Shown here piece after piece: positions 27,685-41,400 of a stretch of 64,000 nt of DNA. The notes below the pieces were generated by a model. It saw only the letters and a list, made by a program, of their open reading frames with translations. It did not search any database and was not told the origin of the DNA. A program made the position numbers and the translations under genes. Position 1 is the stretch's first letter; the number at the start of each line of letters is the position of its first letter. This DNA comes from Hormiphora californensis (taxonomy: Eukaryota > Animalia > Ctenophora), in contig CM035358.1 in NCBI GenBank assembly GCA_020137815.1, forward strand, positions 4,836,001 through 4,900,000, in the 5' to 3' direction.

Positions 27685-27715
<31 letters not shown>

Positions 27716-27889
27716 CTCTCTCCCTCTCTTCTCTTCTCTCTCTACTCTATCTCTCTCCTCTCTCTCTTTCCTCTCTCTCTCTACTTCTTTCTCTGTTTCT
27801 CTCTTTACTCTCTCCTCCCTTTCTATCTCTCTCTCTCTCTCTCTCTCTCTTCGCTAACCTCCTCTCTCCTCTCTCTCCTCCTATCTCCT

Positions 27890-27929
<40 letters not shown>

Positions 27930-30201
27930 GGGGGTAACTGGGGTGTGGTGATCAGATCGTGGTTTTCTATCAGGTCCAGCGGCTTATTGAAACACAAAAA
28001 CTAATAAACATGGGTTTATATCTCTGACCTAGGAATACCTTGGCTACAGTGTGTCCTCGAGGACGCCTGTGTTGTTTCAGGTGTTGATAATTCCAAGGAG
28101 GACTTGTTGGGAGGAAAACACAAGATCGTGACGAGTGGCGGCGACGAGCGAAATATCCCGACGCGGAGACCCCACCAAGTAGGTAAGCAAGTTATGTCTC
28201 GGACTCCGAGTTTAATTTTAGAAAGTTGGATGTCTGAAAATTCCTAGCGGCAGGAACATACTCTTTCCAACTATCTGCACCACTACACCTATCCCTACCA
28301 ACCTATCTACCCACATTTTATTTAGTGTGGTGAAAATACGGGTTGACGCTCGCGTTATGACGTCGTTTTACTATTTTGCCATCCCACTAACTAAAACTCA
28401 GCGGGTTGAAAAGAAGGGATAATCAATTTAAAACTATTGTAACTACGACACATGCCACAGTCAGACCACTGAATGTACCGTCCAGACGACGACACCCACT
28501 CGACCAGGCTATATTGCAAACTGGGTGCTTACAGCAGAAACACAGCCCAGCACTGAAGCAGCGCTGTTATATGGCTGCAAACAAGCGCATGCAGGAAGAG
28601 TCTTGTAAAAATGGGAGGGGTGAGAAAATTGAGAAAATGCATTGAAATTGATGAGCTGTCTCTAGCTCTCTGGAGAATATATTGAGCCTGCTGTCATAGA
28701 ACTTGGGGTGATGTAGGAGGAAATGGAATGTCAGATGAGAGTGGATGTGAGAGAGAACAAGGGAGGGAATTCTTCAAAATTAATACTTTTTTTTCTTCTG
28801 TTCGACCCTTCCTTCTCTCTGTGACTGACTCTCCCTGTCTCTCTTATTGTCTCTCTTTCTCTCCCGGCTCCCCTGTCTCATCTACTCCATCATGACATGG
28901 CTGTCAGGCTATTGCGGTTTACACGGGGTCCCGGTCTATCATGACATATGTTGTTGAAATGAGGCATCGGCCCATTTCTAAGTGGCGGAATACAATTTCG
29001 TGTACTCCAGAGTTCCGGGTGTATTTCTTGTACTTGGAGTGCTGAAACGATATACTCCGCGCGCGCTTAAAGTCTGCGCGTCACACAATCAACGCCCTTG
29101 ACAACAAAACAGACGCATGGTTTCAGTGCTCCAGTTTGACATCCAAATTGACCGACCGGTGAAATGGAACCGACAAGTCATTCCGTGACAAATCTTTTTT
29201 TGGTTGTGAGACGGAAGTGGGACTTCTGAGGTCTACCCTGCGCGGCTCACTGCGCGGTATATTTCTATCATACAAACTGCTGCAGTCTTGTGCTTTTCAT
29301 GGCGCTCTGAATCACAACATTGAGTCTACGTAGACCTGCCGCACTTAATTTAGTACCATCTAGCTCTTTCCTTTCTTTAATATCTTTCTCTCTCTCACAT
29401 GTCTTTCCGTGATCTCTGATATAACTGGAGCGCACATGTGACGTCACACGGCTACAGTGGGTGTGTGTGGTTTCACTGTCAAATGTCATACACAACGCCC
29501 GCATGAGCTATTGTTATGAGATAGATACTCAATTAATAGTTGTGTATCTCTCAATAATATCTAAGTGAATGGAGAACAATTGGGTCGATTTTATTTGGCG
29601 ATTAAGAGTCTGGGACCGAATTATAAAATAAGAAATAATGTGTTTAGACATCGGTGGCGTGGGTTGGTAGTGGAACTTCCCATACCCGGCGTTTGTTATT
29701 TTACTCTTAATGCACTTGCCACTGATCACATACATCATGAAGAGGTAGCTGATGATCAGTGTAGAAAAACAAACACCAGAGTTGTTTTTGTGGATGATGC
29801 CAACTTTTAGAGAGAGGAAATCGAGAGAAAGACAGCTGTTGAAAGACAGACAACATTGTGTAAGCCCTTTTTCTTGTTTCCTCCCTCTCTTTAATTCTTG
29901 TCAAATAATGCGTCATCTCTGATTCTCTGATTTAAACCACATTCCTTTTTTCAATTTTACCTCTGGAACCGTTCGAGGCAAAAAATAAATCAAATCAGGA
30001 CTGAATTCGGGCTCCCAAAATACCTCGTACATTTACACACAAACTTTTATGTGGCTAGAATATGACAGTCAAACCCAACCTAGTACAATTCACAGGACGA
30101 ACCAACAAACAGACAAACAAACGAACAGACCAATTCACAAGTACATTTCCCAGGGCCCTGGGTTCTTGTCCGGACACGTGTCGCTTAATAACGGCCCATC
30201 C

Positions 30202-30264
<63 letters not shown>

Positions 30265-31530
30265 ACTCTCTCTCTCTCTCTCTCTCTCCCTCCCGCTATA
30301 TCAATTCAACTGACTCTCTCGTACAACATCTGAAGGGTGCGGACTATTTGTATCATTTCCTGTCACGTGTTCTAAATGCTGGCCTCTCATTGGCGGACAT
30401 GACAGTCATGTGACATAATAAAGATATCCAGTTGGTCAGGAAGTCCAGTGGAACTTCCTTGCAGAGAGAAAGATAGGGAGATAGATAGAGAGATAGCAAT
30501 AAAATACACACAGGGTACATGTGCAGTATCTGGCATTGAGTGGAGAGACGACTATTGCACTGGATAGTTAGTGCATTCATAATTACACTCGTACATACAC
30601 ATTTTCTTTTCTCCGTCCTTTCCTCCTAAATATCCCTTTCTCTTTCCCAGTTCTCCTTTCCCCTTCTAATTCTCTCCCTTTTCTAATTCTCTTCTCCGCC
30701 TGTCAATACTTTCAGTAACCTGGTACATCAATAAGCTTATAGTGACACATTCCAGTTAAACAACTCAAGTGTCGACCGCACTCGTCCACAAGAGACCTGG
30801 AATTTCCAGTGGAAATGTTCTCAAGAAGCCGGCCGAATCAAAAAGGTATGTAAAAAAGATACCGGGTGAGTTTTGTGGCCTAATTTATTTTAGTAGGTAT
30901 CCGCCCTATCCGGTTAGTTGGTTTCCCGTCTAAATCGGTAGAAAAACTATACCGACTTCTTCCTTTGCCATCAAGTTTTAAAATTGAAACGGGTATAACA
31001 TAGTTTGGATTCTGGGTAGGCCGACAGATCTATCTATTTGATCTCTAAATCTCTCCAACTATGTTTCTTTCTCTCCCAGTTCTAGACTCTCGAATTCCCT
31101 AAATATCTATCATGACAAGATTCAACGCCCAAGTACATTCAGTGTGTGAATGTGTGGGGTGAGCAGCAATATGATCATTCCGATCTTGTTGGACCTGCAG
31201 TAAACAATAGCCTCACTTTTCACTCTCCCCTCACACCTACACGCCATAAATATGTTCCCAGTTCTCTCTCTTTCTCTCTCACTCTCCCTCTTTTCTCACC
31301 CTCTCTCTCTCTCGTCTCCTCTCTCTCGCTTCTCTCCCTCTCCTCTCTCTCTCTCTCATCCTCTCTCTCTTCTCTACTCTCTCTCTCTTCATCTCTCTCT
31401 GTGACTCTCTCTCATCCTCTCTCTCTCACCCTCTCTCTCTTGAGGGGGAGGCCCCAAGGGCACAGCTGCACTGGTTTACAGAGCATTGACTGTACAAGGA
31501 CTGATTACAGGCAGTGGTAATGGGTGGAGA

Positions 31531-31598
<68 letters not shown>

Positions 31599-31632
31599 GA
31601 GAGAGAGAGAGAGGGAGAGAGAGAGAGAGTAG

Positions 31633-31703
<71 letters not shown>

Positions 31704-31990
31704 GCTGGCTGGAAAATTTAATGGTGGACAAAACAGCAATGAAAATAAATAAATATTAAACATACTGAGTCCTGCCCCGTGCGAAGAGATCGATACTCGT
31801 AAAGATAGACATTAAAAACAGGACAGAGAGAGAGAGAGAGAGAGAGAGAGAAAGTATTGCAGTTGTACACGCTGTGGAGCTGTATGAAAGCCGAGAGAGC
31901 AATAAAAGTTCCGATGCAATTCTCTCTGATGTGTACACCGCCGAGTGCAAGAAAAGCTATGAAGTTTCTCTCTGCAGATGTCTCACCCAG

Positions 31991-32043
<53 letters not shown>

Positions 32044-32619
32044 ATCCCTCTTTCTCTCTCTGTCTCACCCTCTATTTCTCCAAGCTCTCTCCCTCTCTTG
32101 AAATCAAGTCTCCTACTCTCCTAGGGTTTCAGGTTAATATGTCATGCTTAATCTATTGCTGTCAGAGATTGCTTGCCGGAAGAGCCGGGGAGATGTGGAG
32201 AAGGGGAGAGCGATATAATAGAGATGGAGATTAGCTATATTTAGCCATAATACTTCTTTTGTATGTCGTTAAGTGATTGTGGCACAGTGTACACGCACAA
32301 CTTGGGGGAGAGATCGGAGAGAGAGAGACAGTGTAGTAGAAACTAGAAATGTTTGTGCACAGAAAGATGCTGCTAGCAACAGCTGCTGCAAGGAGAAATG
32401 TGTGTAAAAGTTCCAAATCTGGCAAATCTTTCCATTGTTTTATTTCAGGAAACTTTCCTGAAATGATTCAACTTGGAAAGACACATCTCTCGATATGATC
32501 TAACATACAGACTGACACACGCACATATTCATATGGAGAGAGAAGCCCGTGTGTGCAGTGACCACATGATTTAACGATAGACCACCAATCGATGATATAC
32601 CACAGGATGAAGAGAGGAG

Positions 32620-32698
<79 letters not shown>

Positions 32699-33692
32699 GA
32701 AGATAGTTAGGGAGAGATGGAATATGGATGGTAAGGAGAAATGGATGGTTAAATGAAAGATATGAAGATGAGGCCGAGGAGAGATAGAGTCTAGAGATAG
32801 TTGGAGCTGGAGATATCAATGTTATACAGATGTGAGTGAGAGAGACAACGAAAGATAGGGGATGAATGCTTGTTAAACCAGTAAGCATGTTGACAGATAC
32901 TTAACAGTATCTTCTCTCTTCCATCTCAACTCATTTCTATCTCGTTTCTTCAAACTATCAGACACTTCACAGGGGGAAAACAATGAAAAGACGTCGAAAT
33001 TTTTGGGTTTGATAAATGTTTATGCTTTTTTTGTTTCACATTTCATACAATGTTGAGTAATATACTTGCAAGAGAGGGAGAGAGAAATGATCTCTCTCCC
33101 TCTCTTAACAATACAATTCGTAAACGCACAACATACAATGTTCCCCTTTCCTACAACACACAGATACACGCATTGTACACGCACACTTAGAACACGAGAT
33201 TGAACCAAAATAAAGAGTTAATGATTTGGCAAGCTGGCTTAATAAATGTAATATTAGTTATTTATATAATATATATACAGACCAAAATAATAAAAAGATA
33301 TTCCATATATAATACACACACGCAAATACACAGATTAAATGTAACGATCCAACTTAGTATAATAATGATCCAAGTTAGTACAGTAATAACCAAGGTGCTC
33401 GGACAGAAAATATAACTGGGATGACAAAAAATAGGGGGACATAATTATAATAATTTGGGGGAAATAAGGGCGTGCATAATAACTGGCACAATAATAATAC
33501 AATTCTACAATGTCTCTGTATTTATTTTTCTCAGGGGCTTTCACCCCTAAGAACATAGTTAATTTTATCCTAAAGTTTTTTCATTTTTTTCTCCATTTCC
33601 TTGACGATGATGATGTACAGGGGGAGCGAGCGAGCGAATAGAGCGATCACGTTCAAGGGCCGTATTTATATAACTGGTTGTTCCAACAAAAT

Positions 33693-36356
33693 CTAGCAGT
33701 TTCGTCGACCAGGGTTTCGGGTAGAAGCCCTGACTCGAGCCTGCTTGGATTTGTTGAAGGTGGAGTTCCTTGCCTTCCAGTTATTCTTGGGGACAGTGGC
33801 TCGGTCAGCACTGGCAGCAGCGGTGTGCTGGAAGAGCATCTGTTGGACCAGGGTCATCTGCTTCATGGGCCTGACAGCAGCCTTGTCCTCAACCTAGGTG
33901 GAGGGGGAGAGGGGTTTAGAGAAGCGAGTTGGGAAGTAAGAATGCAGGGGTTTCGATCTCGGAGTGCGAAAGATATTTAGGGTGTTATAGGGGTTTAACT
34001 TTAGAATTAGGGTTGATCCGGTTGGATTCATAATAGGGCATGTAGATAAGCAGAAAATATGCAGTAGGTCCAGGGAACTGGATAGATTTTGGTAGATATA
34101 TTCTAGTGAAAATGAAAACTTACATTGCATACGGTCTTCTCGGTTTCGTCACCCTTCGCTTTCAGATTCACTTCCATGATTTACCATGATCACAGAGCCA
34201 ACCTGGAGAGAAAGGAAAGGTGTTAAAACTTAAAGGATTGACAAGGAGGAAACAAACTTCTCCCCTATCCTTCTTTTTTATTCTCTTAGATAAATAAACA
34301 TGGCGTAATCAAAAGGCCGAAAGCGGGAAGAAAAAGTCCCTTTATTTGGCTCCGAGCCCAAAATAATAGGTAATATCATGTCTCATGATCATATCATTCG
34401 GTTAGAGGGGGGTTTAGAGCAATTCATTTTGGTGACGTAGGAAATGAAATGAACTAGCAGCTGGTGGTACTCTCTATATCTCTTCTCTCACGCTCCCTCT
34501 ATCTCCTTCCTTCTCTCCATCTATCTTCTCTCTATCTCTCATGGTCCCCCTCTTACGAATTCTAATCAGAGAGATTGACCACCACACTGCCTCTAGTTCT
34601 ATCGAACTAGACTTGACACGGCGTGCCCGAGGGTAGTTTAACATTTGTTTCGGTGTCCATCTCCAATTCCGGTTGTAACGGTTGGGGAAGACCTTCCTGA
34701 AGGTCGTAGCGGAGCGGGAATAATCATGTAGACCCGCTCCGGCTTCAGAAAATTGAGAAAAAGATAGCTATCTTTTTTTTCACTTTGAAAATAAGACGTT
34801 TTTTATTAAACGATTCTTGATCAGTAAGATACGGTTGTCCCCCACCTATTTTTTGACGTAGAATCGAATGCCGTTGAAGTCAAATCTCTAAAATGTTGGA
34901 AAAATGGAGAAAATCACATTTTTAGGTATTTTTTGTCGAAAAAAGCGTTCAAACTGGTAGTAGATGATGAGATAGAGTCCCAAAAATATCACAAATCTAT
35001 TTTTTGGGTCTTCTTCGCCCTAGGAACAGAGTTTCATGAAAATCTGGTACAACGCCTACTTTCCGTTTGCTTTCAAAGAAGGTGAATATTGCTCTAATTT
35101 AGCTAATTTTGAAGAAAAGGCGTCCAAAATGATACTAGTTGACAGGATAGAGTCCCAAAAACGTGAAAATCATCAATTTTAGGCATTTTCTACCCTAGAA
35201 ACAAATGGACAAGGTGGTCGGATGATATTTATTATCTCGGTATGCCTCTGAAGTAGGTGGAAATAGCCACAATGTAGAGATTGTGGTAAATGAATGTGAA
35301 TAAACGTTTACCAAACCCACTTTAGTGGGCTTCTGGATTATGCAAGAGCCACTCTTCAACTTAGCAGGTGCTAAAGTGGGTTTGGTAAACGTTTATTCAC
35401 ATTCATTTACCACAATGTCTACATTGTGGCTATTTCCACCTACTTCAGAGGCATACCGAGATAATAAATATCATCCGACCACCTTGTCCATTTGTTTCTA
35501 GGGTAGAAAATGCCTAAAATTGATGATTTTCACGTTTTTGGGACTCTATCCTGTCAACTAGTATCATTTTGGACGCCTTTTCTTCAAAATTAGCTAAATT
35601 AGAGCAATATTCACCTTCTTTGAAAGCAAACGGAAAATAGGCGTTGTACCAGATTTTCATGAAACTCTGTTCCTAGGGCGAAAAAGACCCAAAAAATCGA
35701 TTTGTGATATTTTTGGGACTCTATCTCATCATCTACTACCAGTTTGAACGCTTTTTTCACCAAAAAATACCTAAAAATGTGATTTTTTCCATTTTGCCAA
35801 CATTTTAGAGATTTGACTTCAACGGCATTCAATTCTACGTCAAAAAATAGGTGGGGGACAACCGTATCTTACTGATCAAGGATCTTTTAATAAAAAACGT
35901 CTTATTTTCAAAGTGAAAAAAAAGATAGCTATCTTTTTCTCAATTTTCTGAAGCCGGAGCGGGTCTACATGATTATTCCCGCTCCGCCACGACCTTCAGG
36001 AAGGTCTTCCCCAACCGTTACAACCGGAATTGGAGATGGACACCGAAACAAATGTTAAACTACCCTCGGGCACGCCGTGTTGAACCCGATTAGATTGAAC
36101 TGTACAATGAATCCCCTAAAGCACAAACATGGCCCTTTTCTAACCCGAAAATCTCCCCAGGAGCAGATATATATCTTACCTCATCGGCATCAGGGGAGGG
36201 AGCCCGTTTTGGTCCGACCAGCATCCAGCCATCCTCGTCAACCTGGTCCTTGGCGGTATCCAGGCCCGGGCTCGCCACCACGGGAAGAGCTGCTTCCTCC
36301 TCATCGGCGGGATAGAAGTACGAGCTGATCGTTCCCCAGATCGGTTTTGGTGCCAT
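33693..36356 (-). CDS. TP53INP1/2 (DOR)-like autophagy protein with LIR motif; exon 2 carries a 10-nt frameshifting insertion
   Basis: Exons 36356-36180, 34202-34124 (or 34202-34185), 33893-33693. N-terminal WGTISSYFY, acidic LIR DEDGWMLV, basic C-terminus ending RRNC. Confidence 0.65.
34617..36079. mobile_element. 1463-bp palindromic non-autonomous element, Chapaev-like, in intron 1 of the DOR-like gene
   Basis: Termini CACGGCGTGCC...GGCACGCCGTG; 4-bp TSD TTGA; ~709-bp arms around a 45-bp spacer (35326-35370). Confidence 0.8.
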
Positions 36357-37563
36357 GGTGTTGAGAGTTGTGACAGAAAACGGAGTCTAAAGTCGGGGTA
36401 GTTGTCCTAAAATCCCTGTATCTTAAACCTACACGGACCAGAAAGGATAGCGGTTAGTTTGGGAGGGATAATAGAGCTATTTTACAGGAATATGCGGAAA
36501 TTAGAGCAATTCGGACCGCGGACTGACAGTGGAAGTGGGCAACATAGGAGCGCACAACAATATTCGTCTGTCTTCACTGTGCTCCAAAAATAGAACATTT
36601 CATCCAGTGCGGACTTCTGTCTCACACAGCTCAACCCAGCAAAATCGGTATGAAACGACGCGCGCTGCGCGTCTTTAGTATTGCGCGCGCTATTTCTGCG
36701 CTGACAAGAGCTCAAATTACAATTTTGCAATTTGGCGATTGTAAAACCCTGTAAAACAACACATTTTCAGGTCATGTATTCGGTTCGGTACACGACAAAC
36801 GACCTTTTTTTTGTCCAAGTTAAACCAATTCTAACTGACAAGCATGATGTGGACGCAACTGGAGCTGAGTTGTAGATCCGAAAAGATTTACAATTTCAAA
36901 TAAAGGTAAGAAGCCCCACAAAAAATTAAGAATAAAGCTAGAACTGTTTTTAGCCGTAATAGTCAACAATATCAGAAGACCGAAAGGCTACAAACTGATA
37001 CACTCATAGCATACAAAAAAGCACGCGGCGTGCAATTTGCAAATTATTAAAATTTGCTTGCTCTGGCTCTCCTACTCTCTCCTAATATTTCTGGTCTATC
37101 TCTCTTTTCTCTACCACTCCTCGGCCCACCCTCTCTGAACAGGAAAATTAGAAAGAGAATATGAGTTTCTTTTTTCTGTCAACCAATTGGGCTCGCAGTG
37201 AGGTATGAAAATAGCTGGGCTATTCTAAAATTGCACACTGTCAGGGAGGCCTGTTCGAAATTTGTATTTTACTAAGTGCTAATGTGCTGTTTTATTTACC
37301 CCTCGGTAATTTCTCTAGCCTTCAACTTCAAGATGGGATTATGAACAAGCTCCTAAATTAATCTAAAATTTAGCTAACTGGCTTTTAAAAACAAAGAAAC
37401 ATTAGCCCATTTTGTAAAATCGCTAACAGCTCTTTCACAAGTGTGATATGGTGGTGAACAAAAATAGTTTTTCCTATTAAATTACGTGTGACAGTTAGAG
37501 AGAGAAAATCACGTGACCGAAACCACGTGACTTCCTGGTTATCCAATCTAAAACAAGCAGCAC

Positions 37564-37646
<83 letters not shown>

Positions 37647-37856
37647 GTGTGTGCTTGTTTTGGCAATAACATACTGCTTGTCCGGTGGCATAGTTGTGCC
37701 AAGAAAGTGTCACGAGATTTTTACCGTCAACTAGACACACAACAACAGGATGTGTTGTTGCCAAGGAAATAACGCGGACAACAGATCGGGTGGGAGCGGC
37801 GGTATGAGTTGTAGGCATTTCACCCTGTTAATAAACCACATTGTGCAAACATATCA

Positions 37857-37983
<127 letters not shown>

Positions 37984-38434
37984 TCTCTCTCTATCCCTCC
38001 GGATGGTGACCTATGTTCCCCTAGACCGGTGAAGTCTATTGAACCACATAGGTCACATGAGTTAAGGACCCCCGAACTAGCCGTGATGTGTAAACAATTC
38101 CATCGAATATGAAACTGTGATTTCATTGATAAATTAATTCTCTAAGTTTATAACATCCTAATGGTCCATGAATATTCTAGCAACTAAATTTTGTGGGGGT
38201 GGGGTCTGACTATAGGACTTTTTATAGGACTCTGGCCATTTAAATGGTTGCCGTACAATTTATTTCAAACTGCAATAAATAAGTACCTGTTTTATACTAA
38301 AATCAATAAGTCAGTTATAATAATCTCACTAACAACTAAAAATGGATAAAAATAGAATAAAAGTTTTGTATGAACGGCGAACGGGAGACCCAGCTTCGTT
38401 TTTCACAGTTCTAGAAAGATCATCATGTTCATTA

Positions 38435-41400
38435 TTACGCATAACTAATGGTGGTCAGTGCCTTTTGTAGCCCAGACTGGTAACTCGACTGAAGTGCCGG
38501 CCATTTGGAACAATCCCCAAACTCGGCCACAATCCTATCCAAAGTTGTTTGGTCCGTCACCATGCCAACTACTCCCTGGATGTATGACGACAGAGACATT
38601 ACCTGCTCCCCAAAATACTCGTATATCTCGTCCCAGTTATCTATCATGTCATCCACCACTTTGGCCAGATGCTCGTTACGAACAGGGGCTATCGTCCGAG
38701 ACAGAACAAGGGGTCCGTTCGATTTCTTGATCTCGTCGGGGTTCCTGGTAGCGGCTATGAATTTCTCGACCAGTGAGGTCTCGTTAGTTTGAGCCAGGAT
38801 GGTTCCAAGGGTGGCTTTATTGGAATCACTAGTTGCCGGATCGGTATACATATCCCATACTTTGTTCCATTCCGATACATTGGTCGCCATGGTCTCATTG
38901 TACAGATGAGCCATGTAGTAGGGAGTTGTGAAGTCGGGGAACTTTGTAATGTTCAGCTCTTTAATAACGTCGCGACACTCTATGCTTTTGGTGTCAACGG
39001 GAACTTCGACATCAGGGGCAATTGTTAGGCAAATATCCATGGCAACCAAATTGCTTTCAACATCAGAGTAGGCAGCATCAGTAGAATCAATTTCTGATTT
39101 GAGATTTTTCGTAATGAAAGATTCTACGTAGTTGTCATATTCTGCAGTTATCTCCCCACCGGCACTGTCAATGGATTTGATGTGGTTCAAAACGGTCGAC
39201 ATGAGCCTGTAGTCATTGGTTTTCTTAGCAACTACCGCGTTCAAGATATCTGTGAACCTGCTTTCTTCATAGTACCCCGCTTTTACGAGTTGTGCCGTTT
39301 CGAATAAAAGGAGCTGTTGTTCCCTCGAATTCAGATTCATCTTGGGGAGGTTTGAAATTAGAGAATCCCATAGCTCTTTACTGTACACAGTGAAGTAGTA
39401 TCCTTGTGCGTTGTAATTGATGAAAACAGAGTCAAAGGCCTTTTCAAAACCCATTTTGAGGGTATGGAAAGGTCGAATCCATTGAAGTTCCGTGCTTGTC
39501 TCATCACAGGATCCTTTATCAGCGCCATCATCTGTTACAATGGTACACGTTTTTCCCTTGATTGGCACATACCACTGATATTGATAGGGCGAGTCAGGAC
39601 TTCCCTGTCCATCTCCATTCATGTATACAAACCGCTTCTGAACTAGCAACAACTCCGAATCCGAGACCTTAGAAACCATGACAACGGGGAAATTCATCTG
39701 GAGAGTCCAAGTGTTCATGACTTTCTCAATTGTAACTCCTGCTGTGTCGGTTGAATAGACAGAGTCGAGAATACCCCAAAGCTCGCTTTGTTCAGCGTTC
39801 CCGTATTTCTTGGTTTTCAGATACTCAGAAACTCCCTTTCGCAGGGAACCGTCAGTGTTTTTATTGTCTCCCAGAGCAGGGTCCATAATGAGTTTGAGCT
39901 GTTGGAGGAGTGAGGCCCCTTTCTGGTATGCGATCTCATCAAACAAAGAATGAAAGGAACTCATGTCTGTGATGTTAACGGATGCCGGTCGGGAGGATGT
40001 ATAGGCGTCACGACCGAATGCTTTCATTTGATGCTCCTTGAACAGATAGTTCTCATAGTTGGGGCTTTTCTTTGCTAGGTCGTTAGGTTTACCTGCAGAG
40101 GAGGAGTGGATTAAGGTTTGGTAACCATGGAGAAAAACAATTCGTAGTGGAGATTGATAATTGTCATGTTAGGTGTGTGTGACTTGGTTTGACTAATGAT
40201 CTGGACAAGCGTCCAGATATATTCAGCGTACTTAGAATTGTAGTATCTGCGCTTCCTTCTCCCTGTGCGAATGTTGCAAATCCCTCGTTTAGCCAAACAT
40301 CATTCCACCACTTCATTGTTACTAGGTTACCAAACCTGAAACAATTGTTACCGTGGTTACCAAACCTGAAACAATAGTTACTATGGCTACCTCCTGGTCG
40401 CCATGACAGTCTCCCTAGAACAATATGATATAAAATGTTAAATCAACAAATTGTAACGGCCCTTGGTACAGGTAGTAGTAACTAACCATTGATGAGCAAG
40501 TTCATGTCCCACGACCAGGTTAATGTAGAATCTGTTAGAGTTAGCCTCTGTTTTCGGGTCAAACATGAGGGCAGTAGTCCTGTGTGTGTTGGGGAGAAGT
40601 TAGTAATTAGTCAGTGAATTGATTGTATCAATGTTGGACATCCCATGCTTAGCATCCCATGCTAGCACTGTATGGCGATCAGCTGTCGGGTCGGTGCCGC
40701 CAGACAGCGCTGCTAGCACCCCAACAGCCATATTGATATTTGTTGAGTACTCAAAAAATTGATATAGCATGAATGACAGTGCAGTATATAATAACATGTA
40801 CCCTTAGTTTTCATTTGATCCTTTACCCATAGATTCTGCATAATGTAAGTGTATACCTATAAATGATGATCCCCCAGTTCTCCATTGCACCTGCCTGGAA
40901 CGCAGGAACCGCCACGTGGTCAACCTAGGGGCGGAGGAATGTTAAATGTTAGATGTAACATTTTAAATGTTACTTAGATGTTAGATGTTAGATGTTAAAT
41001 GTTAGATGTTACATGTTAGATTTTACAAACAGATACCTTTGTCAGAGGGTATTTCTGACCATAAAACTCGGTGTAGTACTGAAGAAACTCGATAGATGTT
41101 TGTAGAGCGAACTGTCCATTGCCGTTTTCAATATCAGTCGGAGTCCCACAAACTCTGTGCCTGATGCCATTTGAATCCTTGCTAGGAGGGATATATAATG
41201 AATAGTTATATAGAGATTGTGGCAGTAAAAATTGGAAAAACCATTTCCCCGAGTATCCCGGTAAATCGGGGTACCATACGTTCTGACTGTTCCACCTACC
41301 TAGTACAGATGTAATCAGCAACGACGAAACCCAGAAGGTAGGCAGACATTTTAGGGGTCGTTTCAAAAGAACAAATCTTCCACCCCTCCTTGTCTTCGTA

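Noticed and set aside
29529-29790. Hydrophobic reading frame resembling a membrane-protein fragment
   Set aside because: Short, without supporting splice structure or family motifs.
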